From Octopus bimaculoides (taxonomy: Eukaryota), in contig NC_068985.1 in NCBI RefSeq assembly GCF_001194135.2, positions 40,225,235 through 40,289,234 of the forward strand: 64,000 nt of DNA, read 5' to 3'. How positions within the stretch are numbered: position 1 is the stretch's first letter; each line of letters starts with the position of its first letter. Under the pieces are notes generated by a model, which had not been told where the DNA came from, did no database searches, and saw only the letters and a list, made by a program, of their open reading frames with translations. Below are positions 54,014 to 64,000 of this stretch, in pieces. The position numbers and the translations under genes were made by a program.

Positions 54014-54207
54014 CATTCGAAATGCTAATGGAATTCCCTGATTGTCTAGAGGACCAATGCCCTCATATTTCTTCTTCTGTTCAATAACTTTCTTTTTAGA
54101 GGTTTTTTCTTCAACGGGAACACCATAATAATTATCAGTGTGTTTTAAACCATCTTCAATTGTTTCTTTTGTACCTAAATACATAGCACCTTTAGGAATT
54201 TCTCCAG
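54014..54207 (-). CDS. CAP/SORBS: CAP/SORBS adaptor exon, N-terminal half of Sorbin-homology (SoHo) domain; (A)GEIPKGAMYLGTKETIEDGLKHTDNYYGVPVEEKTSKKKVIEQKKKYEGIGPLDNQGIPLAFRM
   Basis: Acceptor ttgttgtttttctag|CT and donor ATG|gtaagt. 194 nt, phase 1 to phase 0. YEGIGPxDxxGIPxAxR matches the SoHo motif of SORBS1/2/3 and Drosophila CAP. Possible start ATG at 54184-54182. Confidence 0.93.
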
Positions 54208-54299
54208 CTAGAAAAACAACAAGCAAAAAACAAAAGTTTTTATTTAATAGCAACTCCGAACAAGAGCATCTATTATATATATGTATATATGCATAAGAG

Positions 54300-55050
54300 T
54301 GTGTTTAATTGATCAGATGTTTGCAATAAGTGAAGCCTTAGCCACATTTGGTCTAATAGGTGGATCCTTAGTGCTAGTTGGTAAGTTTGGTTTCCATTGG
54401 TCAAGTCAGATTACACAATGAAAATTGTTGTAGATTGCTAGTTTGAGTTACTGCAAGACACTATTTGAACATTAAGTATTTCTAGGATGTAGAGGAAGCA
54501 AATCTATCAAGATTTACTTTCATTTGAAAGGGAGTTAAATCTTCAATTGTTCCTGAGTGTTTTTCTTGAGTCAGTTGAAACTGGTCCGAGAGAAATCTTC
54601 ATCTATAACAGTAAGGGGAGATGACTTCAGAGTGCCTATTAAGAAATACTGAAGGCTGCTTCAGAATATGCAGTTTCTCAGAGAAGCATGGCCTCCACTA
54701 ATGGAGTAGGAAGGGACTATGTCAGAAATTTTATAAGTATAGTGGAACAGTCACACCTTTGGTCTATAAAGTTTCCAAATGAAATAAGACAGGGAAGTGG
54801 AGTTTTGACCCTGTAAGTAGACCTGAAGAAGTGCAAATGTTAACAAAACCATCCCTAAAGGTCATTGCTGGTAATCCATGTAATATTTCTTTGATTATCA
54901 TTTGATGGAATGAGTACTGATCAATATACCACAGCTTTGGAAAGACAGAATCCCCTTCAGTGGGCAGGTAGCTCAAACTCAGTAATTGCAGGTGGGATGC
55001 TAAGGTGAGGGCAGAGTTGATGTATTCTTTCAGGTGTAGTATATAATGCT
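54300..55050 (-). mobile_element. Second Penelope-like GIY-YIG remnant, same family as 48.8-49.9 kb
   Basis: QNSTSLSYFIWKL and CFSEKLHILKQPSVFLNRHSEVIS. The 3' segment tttccattggtcaagtca matches the first copy. Confidence 0.7.
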
Positions 55051-55924
55051 GAAAGTGATATTATCTAGGAAAGAGACAGCAATAAAGAGAGACAGAGAAA
55101 ATAATTAATTCAATACAGTGCCACATAAAATATCAACCAAATCTACTGCAAACCATGTCCTGCCATTTAAAAAAAAATATACATTAGATAACATAATCCA
55201 GAGAACAATATTTCTGACAAAAAAAAATGATGAGGTAGTCATGACTGGAACAATTTTTTTTTATCATAGGTCTGCTTAATAAAGGACAATTTAAAAGTTA
55301 AGCAACAACAACAATCTACCAAGAGGCCAGCAATTCATATTCTGCTACCTGTATCACTCTGCATATAGGTTTAAGAAACATAACTTTCAATAGTCAAATC
55401 TTTTTTGTTGCCACAGGCCACTGCTAGAAGCAATGGCAACATTTAGAAAAATGGTGTGTTTTGTTAACTTGCAGTACTGAATTTAACTTTGCCCATGGAA
55501 ATATGTTTCCTTCTTTTGAGAGAAGGAAAGTACAGGGTTCAGGTGAAACATTTATCAATGTAAAAAAATACAAAATGTTGCAAAACCTGAAGAAGCAAAA
55601 AATGTGCATTGTTGATGAGCTCCAAATCAACCCTGACATCCAGCAAGCCTTTAATCAAACTGTTATTTAAAGGGTGTGCAGGACTACAGGAGGTAATGTA
55701 TCATTTCCTTATTCAAAACAGAGTTTGATTTGAGGGATATTTAACTGCTATTTCTAAAAGGTTGGCAACCACACAGAGGTTCTCTCCATGGCTCAAAGAT
55801 GTTTATGTAAAAACCATGTGTGAATAAAAGCACTGGGTGGAGATGTGAACAAATCAGAACACACACACACACACATAAAATATATTAACATTTATTTATC
55901 CAAAGATAGCAAACTAACAGAACC

Positions 55925-58660
55925 AATAGCATGCCTTGCAAAATGCTTAGTTCAAGTTCCACTAAGGTCAACTTTGCCTTTCGTCCTTTCAGTGTCAATA
56001 AAACTGACCAGTTGAGCATTGGGATTGATGTAATTGACTTACCGCTCCCTTGAAATTGCTGGCCTTGTGCCAAAATTTTAAACCAATATTTATTTATCCT
56101 AGGCACAGATAAGAATAAACAAAATTAGCTACTTGATTCTTTGAGATAAAAAGTATTTATCAATGAGTAATCAATCACATTAACCTTTTCCCAATAGTTA
56201 GGTGACCTAAAGCAATATGGAATAGTGTTCTAAATTCAGATACATCTAAACAGCTATAGAAAATCTGAATTCATCTATATCACATAGTTCATCTAATACC
56301 ATCTACATGATGCTGTTTTACTTTCTGTCTCATACACACATGCTACGCTTACATAATACTATATACACTTTAATCTCAAGATGTTTAACTTGATACAATC
56401 AATAATACTTTGCTTGAGGAAGGAATGAAAAATAACAACAATAGTAACAACATCAGCAATAATAATAGACAATGTTTTTTTTAAAAAACTACAAAATAAA
56501 TATACATAATATAAAAAGAAACAAAAATAATCGAAAAGAAAAGCACATGGTGGAAATAAAACAAAAGCTTCCATGTCACCAAGCTAAGCAAACAGCAGAT
56601 AAAAAACAGCATCCAAATCAGGCAGTTGATGTCAAGAATGGCTACAAAGCAAAAGATATGAAAAAAATAACTGAGTACTAACGTATTATTAACAATTCGT
56701 TTACCTTTCTTTTACTGTTAATACCAAAGAAAATGTTTCAAATGTAACTTTGGAAAAAAAATTATTATATTTAATTACGTCTTTTTTTTCTTTTTATGAT
56801 GTTTGGTATTACTGAGTCAATGAAGACTGGGTCTTTGCTAGCGCTGCATGCCTGATAAAGTGAACCAATTTCTCTTTTCTGTCCCAGGTTAGTTCATTGT
56901 GACTAATAGCATTTTATGAAGATTTTAAGTACTAATTATTTCTTTATTTGATTCATAGACTTATTTCTCATGATGAATACTGAATGAAGCAAAGCACCTT
57001 GTTATGTTGGACATTAGTGTATAGAGTAATATTTGTAAATGGAGTGTAATTGTCCTGCTATGCAAAGTAAATGACCATTAATCATAATATAGTGATTAAA
57101 TTAGCAAAGTTAAAAAAATAGCTGAATTCATTCCACAATTATTCTCTTAACAACAGTTTTTTTTTTTTTTTAAAGCTATGAACAATTTACATTTAACAAG
57201 TTCATGCACACTCAAACATGGAAAGACCTTTGTTATAACTGTCTTGGAAGACAATGTGTGAGAAAACACACCAAGCTGTAAACTGTGTCCTTTCATGACA
57301 ATTAGCAGTATAACATAAGTCTTAGGGCTTAAAATTTTAACACACACACACACACACACACATACATAATACTTGTACTGATCCTCACATATATTTCTAC
57401 ATACTTATACATATAGCTACACACTTACCCTATTTTAAGACTGAACAGGTGTATGATCAAAATACATTTCAGTAATGGTTTTCTTTCTTTTTTCTTTCTT
57501 TTGAGAATTATACTATCCAGTTTGACCTTCCATTTTTAAAAAGGTGTGATTTGGAGAATATTTAGCTGCTATTAGCAAGATTAAGAAAGGTATTGGCTTT
57601 TTTCTTCGCTCAGCTTTATGGGTGTTTATTTGTGTAATATTATTTTTAATTTTTCTGTTTGCATTGTATAGTAATATTTTGTTTTGATTACACTTGTAGG
57701 AAAGAATGCAATTCTTATGATTATAATTATCGTTTACCATGTCACATAATCATGTCACTCCTCAAATCTCAACAACTTACAGAATATTTTAAGCCATCAA
57801 GAAAAGCAACCACATAGTAACTCAATAACTAAAAACAGCAACCACATCTCTGGGGACACATTGGACAAAATAGTTCTAGTTTCATATGCTTTAAGAAGAA
57901 AGGGCTCGATCAGAGCTCATCTGGGGCATAGCAACAACTTAGAAGATTTTTGCAGAGTATCAGCTGACAGATTCTGCAACTCTGCTTTGCAGCTCTAATA
58001 TCAATTCTAATTTTGGTGAGCTGGCAGAAACGTTAGCATGCCAGGCAAAATGCTTAGCAGTATTTCGTCTGTCTTTACGTTCTAAGTTCAAATTCCGCCG
58101 AGGTCGACTTTGCCTTTCATCCTTTTGGAGTCAATTAAATAAGTACCAGTTATGCACTGGAGTCAATGTAATCGACTTAATCTTCTTGTCTGTCCTTGTT
58201 TGTTCCCCTCTATGTTTAGCCCCATGTGGGCAATAAAGTGGTTAATCTTAATGTTTCATCATCTAAATCAAATAATATTTGTGCTGTTGTTCTAAATTAT
58301 TACAATATGTATAACTTACATTTACATGCTACACATTATTAGATATCTAGTAATTTTTTGCAATCTTTCTCGAAGATGGAAACATTGATAAAACTGCCCA
58401 ATAAGAATACAGACGAAGCACTTGTGTTAAACAATATTTATTGTTATTAATTATGAGAAGACAGGAGCCAGTGAGCTGTCAGAATGTTTAGCAGTATTTC
58501 TTCCAGTTCTTTATATTCTGAGTTCAAATTCTAATGAGAGTGATTTAGCCTCTCATCCTTTTGGGGTTGATAAAATAAGTACCAGGAGAGCACTAGGGTC
58601 AATGTAATTGATTTATTCTTCCGCTAAAATTGCAGACTTTGTGCAAAAATTAGAAAATTA
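55925..58660 (+). mobile_element. Dispersed SINE family A copies (55925-56080, 58010-58230 young with CpGs retained, 58465-58660); also 39985-40170(+) and 41290-41410(-)
   Basis: Core and B-box motifs. The interval lists separate copies and is not one element. Confidence 0.8.
57429..57740 (-). other. Candidate non-coding (5'UTR) exon of CAP/SORBS; upstream boundary unknown
   Basis: Consensus donor AGG|gtaagt at 57429/57428. A TAG sits immediately before the junction in the frame of the next coding exon, so it would be UTR. Upstream end is arbitrary. Confidence 0.35.
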
Positions 58661-59590
58661 TTGGAAGATAGAATTGATAAAGTGCTTTACTAGTAATATA
58701 CTAGGTGTTAGCTGATAATACCTTTCTCCTAACTATTCTTCCTTACAAATTCAGAGCTTTAAACAATTGTAACCAATTTTCCTTGTTTTTCTTTTTGTTT
58801 TGTTTATAACATTATGTGTTATTAAACAATATACACATAATTTGTATTAAATTTTATCAGATGAAATAAATTCTTTGCCTAAAATTAATAAATTATCAAA
58901 GAAATTCTTTTAAACAATTTCCTTTAAATATTATAATTAATCTTACTTTTCAATGTACATGTCCAAAATCAATGTTATCTTTCCAAGTACATCTCCAAAA
59001 TCAATGTTATCATTTCTACAAACTCATTCAGTTTTATTCTTTTGTAAATCATGGTATTTGAACTTCAAAGTTAGATTGAATTTGTTGTGTATAAGGTAAA
59101 ATAAACCATTTAATAATTTTTAGGATGCAGTGATTTTAGTAGTGATGGTGCTGAACAAGAAACATGAATTCAGTGCTTTTGTATAACTTAGCTGGAAACA
59201 AGTGCCTTTTATTATTTAATGGATGGGCGTTTAGCACTAACTAGAGTATTGAGTGGTATAATAACTGAATGCAACAAGTTTGAAAAAATGCTTCAATTTG
59301 CAGAATTCCCCAACCCATAATCAAAGAAAAAAAATGTAAAATATGTAATGCCAGTAATAAACAACAGAAGTATAATGTATGGAATGAAAGACACAGCAAA
59401 AATGTTTAATACATTCAATAACAGTAACTCGCAACAATTTTTTTTAATAAATGCAACCGGATGACAAGGAATCAAATAAGAAAATGTCAATAACGTTAGA
59501 TATAATAAACACCAATATGACATAGAAAAAGTAACAAGTCCACTGAAGGAACTTAAACCACAAATCTGTCATTTGCTGTGACTGCATTAC

Positions 59591-59624
59591 CAATTATACT
59601 ACATAGTATCAGCTGTTCTATCTC
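59591..59624 (-). other. Candidate 34-nt exon (UTR, or coding EIEQLILCSII, phase 0 to 1)
   Basis: tatttattttcag|GAG...TTG|gtaatg. The phase-1 end is compatible with exon 54207. Splice signals only. Confidence 0.3.
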
Positions 59625-60859
59625 CTGAAAATAAATATTATAAATTGTTTCTGATATATTAACTATTTTATTTCATAGCCAAACAATGTTAGCAGGATAT
59701 GCTATTCCACTATACCTAATACAGTATGATGTCATAGTTGGAGACCAATGATTGTAACAAGAAATAACAGCTAAAACCAAATTATTGAGTAAATACATGA
59801 TTTAAAGTCAGTGAGTCTGTTGTTCTTTACTGTCTCAAACTGGTGCTTATAATATCTAATATATATCATTTAAAATCTTAGCAACTGATTTTTTAAAACA
59901 ATATCAATTTTTTTTAAAAACTGTATATAATCATGCATGGTTTTTTATTGAGGGTAGGGATATCACATCTGGTAAAAACAAACAGGAATAAAATAATGGG
60001 TTATGGACAAAGGTAAGTGTTGTTTTGCCCCTGCAATTGAACATTTGATAAAAATGAAAAAGTGCAAAGGCTTCATCATACTTTATATGATGGGACCTTT
60101 CAAATAGAAGTGCTTTTTCCCATTGAACATAAACAGATATCTACTCTTGCAAAAATAACTGAAAGCTATTGTAGCATTGGTCTAGAAGTTAGCTGGCAGA
60201 ATTCATATAAGACTGCAATGGAAGGCTTCTGACAAAAACTGGTTTTCAAGTAGACATTTCATAAGAGAGTAAAATGATCTCATACTGTAGATGTCTCAAG
60301 TTAAAACTAATCCAATTAGTTTTAGATGGTTCATATTACAATTACTTGATTGAAAAGAAAGTGTCATTCATATACAGACAATATTGCCATGAGCAACACA
60401 TATTTTTGAAAATGCAGACAAAAACCTAACAAATAAGTGTTATAAAGAGCCATTCAAATGATTAACAATAAACAACAGTTGGGTAAATTTACTGTGGAGA
60501 CACACTGACTGAGAAGAATACATTCTTCAATTGTCCAAGTAAAATTGTCAGAAATGGAAGAAACATGTAAACATGGAGATACTATAATGAAGGAGGTAAA
60601 AGGAAAACAATATTTAGAGACCAGGTCTTAAAGTATTCAATCTAGTCATAGCTGGGAGCTGAAAAGTGAGGTTAATTGAAGTATGACTTGTAAATTTAAA
60701 GTACATACCATAAAATTAAATATACATATTTTTTAAATAATAAGAATCAAAGATAAATGAAAATCTAAAAGGAGATTGGAAGACAGCAGATAGACATGTA
60801 TGAATAACTGAGTATGTTTCAATGGGTGTGTGTGTATAAAGAGAGAGAGAGAGACATAT

Positions 60860-60914
<55 letters not shown>

Positions 60915-61244
60915 NNNNNNNNNNNNNNNNNNNNNNNNNNNNNNNNNNNNNNNNNNNNNNNNNNNNNNNNNNNNNNNNNNNNNNNNNNNNNNNNNNNNNN
61001 NNNNNNNNNNNNNNNNNNNNNNNNNNNNNNNNNNNNNNNNNNNNNNNNNNNNNNNNNNNNNNNNNNNNNNNNNNNNNNNNNNNNNNNNNNNNNNNNNNNN
61101 NNNNNNNNNNNNNNNNNNNNNNNNNNNNNNNNNNNNNNNNNNNNNNNNNNNNNNNNNNNNNNNNNNNNNNNNNNNNNNNNNNNNNNNNNNNNNNNNNNNN
61201 NNNNNNNNNNNNNNNNNNNNNNNNNNNNNNNNNNNNNNNNNNNN

Positions 61245-61309
<65 letters not shown>

Positions 61310-62215
61310 TATATATATATGTATATAGTATGTGTGTGTATCATATGCATGATAAGTAAATATTTCACAATGTAGTAAAGATGACTACATTAGTAATATA
61401 TGTCTACAAGATTCTAAAGTATTAGAAATGTAGAACTAAAAGATGACTATTATTGCATGAAAAGTATTGCACTATGCAAAAAGAGACTACTTAGAATGAT
61501 AGTGGCTAAAATATACAATATTATTGCAGTAGATAAGTGGAAATTAAAGAAGAACTAATGAGTTAGAAACACTATATAAGAAATATAGATAGAATATTGC
61601 AGTAGAAATAGAATACTAAGAGAGTATCTACTTGAAATGTGATACTAAAAGAGACCATTCCAATCAGAACATGACACAATAAGAGACAAATATGATAAAG
61701 TATACATGAGAAAATTGATGATGCGATACACAAAGGTTTTTGCTCATTACTAAATAGGATTTATGACACACAGCGTGTATCAGAAATCTAAGATAAAATC
61801 AAGTAACAGCTCAATTACTTAATTTTATCTTAGATTTTTAACACATACAGAGTGATATTTGAAACAGATGTAAATACACCTTGTTATTCTCTTTACATAT
61901 AGAAAAATAAAGGAGACGGTCCTGTTATACTTCACAGTTCACATTCCATATGTCAGACAAGTGCCTTCTCATTCTTCTGTCCCTGAAAGGTGTGTGTGTT
62001 TTGTTAAATTGCTCTTAAACTATGTGGTATTCATTGTTGTGGCCTAATACTGTCAATAATTGCATCATACCTGTTAATGTTTTTGTTTAAATTTTCATCA
62101 ATTTAAAGTGTAAAAAATCCTCTTATTATTGATATTTAAATAATGAACATTTAATCATCAGTATAGGCTTACCCTTAAAAGTGACACCACTGTGTGTGTG
62201 TGTGTGTGTGTGTGT

Positions 62216-62490
62216 GTTATACTTCGGAATAGTCATGTTTTGCCAATTAAACACATGCACTATTTACTTGATCTTCACTCTAGTTTTATTATTATTTTTG
62301 GACAAAATGGAATAGGCAGGACAAGAGGAAACACGTGGGACAGAAAGTTGCTGAAGAGGTCACAGAATGTGTGACGAAAGAACTTTGCTGGACAAATAAA
62401 CTAATAGATAATAATAATAAAACTAAAGTGATGATCAAGTAAATAGTGCATGTGTTTAATTGGCAAAAGATGACCATCCCCAAGTATAAC
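62216..62490. mobile_element. 275-bp foldback with ~80-bp arms enclosing a hammerhead-like core
   Basis: 62216-62295 is the near reverse complement of 62410-62490. The loop contains CTGAAGA-G-GTCACA-gaatg-TGTGAC-GAAA. Confidence 0.85.
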
Positions 62491-62519
62491 AATACATACT
62501 TCAATATGCATTCATATCA

Positions 62520-62768
62520 AGAATCTTGCAAAATAAAATGCATAAACATGTGTGTGTGAGTGTATGAAATTTTATACATATATATATATATATATAATTT
62601 ATATGAAATTTTATATATATACATATACACACACACATATATATACATATATATATGACATTTTATATATATATATATATATATACATACACACACATAT
62701 ATATATGAAATTATATATACACACACATACACACATATATATATACATGAAATTTTATATATATACAT

Positions 62769-62800
<32 letters not shown>

Positions 62801-62865
62801 GAAATTTTATATATATACATATATATGAAATTTTACACATACACACACACACATATATATATGTG

Positions 62866-62900
<35 letters not shown>

Positions 62901-62960
62901 TATATATATATATATATATATCTGAATTCATATATATATATATATATATATATAAAATTC
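62520..62960. repeat. Higher-order AT/AC minisatellite (atgaaatttt + (TA)n(CA)n, ~9 units)
   Basis: gaaatt anchors recur every ~25-55 bp. Confidence 0.9.
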
Positions 62961-63284
62961 AATGTGAAAATAACTTTTTTTCAAATGTTAGAAGTGAATG
63001 AAACATTCATCAGTAAGGTGAAATATCATTTAAATTACAAAATATTCATTAGTTCATAATGCTTCTTTTGACAAAAATTCATAAGGATTAGCTAACTGGC
63101 TCATTTATACCACTATATTCAATGCACATATGACAATATTTCAGCATAGAGACAGTACTCAACCAATGATAGAAAGGAATATGATCAGTATATTAATTTT
63201 TGTAGCTCCCTTCCTTCAAGAGTTCAAATATGTTAGTATAGAATGAATTCCTTATTATTAAGTGCTTGTTTGTTTCAATAACCA

Positions 63285-63580
63285 TCTTACAGGTGCTCCA
63301 GGATGCATCATCAATGACATTTTTGGGATCTCAATGGTTTTAGGTTTTCAAAATTACCCAGTTGACCAAATAGCAGCAAATCATTGGTCTATCCACTTTA
63401 TCCAAAGTCACCTAGTGGCCTTCTTTGCAGCTTCAGTGATGAAATATGTCACCCTCCTCTTTGCCGGCCCAGTCAGAGCTTTGCAGATGAATGCCCTACA
63501 AAACCTTGACAGCCCACTTCTACTGTCTGCAAGCCCTGATTTCTGCACTGGGCTACTAGGTCCTGGTATTTGGTAAGCTT
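63285..63580 (-). mobile_element. 3' end of a HERO-like RLE non-LTR retrotransposon with 3'UTR
   Basis: KLTKYQDLVAQCRNQG..VEVGCQGFVGHS..ITEAAKKATR*LWI, followed by a UTR with ggtcaactggg..gatccc..tcattgatgatg resembling HERO 3' ends as I recall them. Confidence 0.75.
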
Positions 63581-64000
63581 CCTCTATGTTTCATATTATA
63601 GCAATAGAAATAAATCTGATAGGAATTGGTTTTATTTATTTACATATTGTCTATTTCCAGAAAATGTACCCCCAAAAGAGATATCCTTCAAGCAGTTATG
63701 TTTGAGTGCCTATAAGGTGAAATAGAATGTTGCAAATAACACACTCCTTTGTGAGTACATCATCATCAATGTCATTTTAATAGCTACTTTCAAATACCTA
63801 CATAGGTCAGATGAGACTTCACTAAGACAGATGTTTCTACAGCTCAATGCTCTTCCTATTGCCAACTCTCACCTGTTTCCAAGTAAGGTAATATATCCCC
63901 ACAGTCTATTGATCAATGAACAGCTTAAACATACTTTCATGGGAGAATCAAATTTCATTCTAGTAAACCCATAGCAACAGAAAGAGCATCCAGCCGTAAA

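Noticed and set aside
54330-54400. Apparent Penelope RT motif LPTSTKDPPIRPNV
   Set aside because: It lies downstream of the GIY-YIG tail in a segment homologous to the sister copy's non-coding end, so likely coincidence.
60030-60700. Possible RTE RT C-terminal remnant
   Set aside because: Only a marginal LDGSY-like match; not supportable by eye.
63262-63576. 104-aa plus-strand ORF
   Set aside because: Antisense shadow of the HERO-like remnant.

Overview
AT-rich, microsatellite-laden metazoan genomic DNA from a draft assembly with six N-gaps. The SINE families and repeat landscape suggest a coleoid cephalopod, most likely Octopus (inference). The window lies inside one minus-strand gene, the invertebrate CAP/SORBS (sorbin and SH3 domain, vinexin/ponsin/ArgBP2 family) adaptor. 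None of its exons appears as a complete ORF in the track. Four exons (54014-54207, 50173-50248, 15306-15408, 12982-13096) splice in compatible phases into one open frame with the SoHo domain (YEGIGPLDNQGIPLAFRMNIDEENQHDWYKQMYKTLH), a DTGYRS motif and a QPRSIVDYEPG motif. The SH3 exons lie outside the window. A 34.8-kb intron follows the SoHo domain. The introns hold tRNA-derived SINE arrays, RTE LINE remnants, two RLE-clade remnants (R4/Dong-like, HERO-like), two Penelope-like GIY-YIG remnants, a full-length decayed mariner, a solo LTR with TSD, a piggyBac-type MITE, foldback elements and three degenerate hammerhead-ribozyme-like motifs. The best leads are candidate microexons and alternative first exons, a phase 1-1 SoHo module, and a foldback enclosing a hammerhead-like core. 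I found no convincing wholly new biological system. Repeat boundaries are by eye and approximate.
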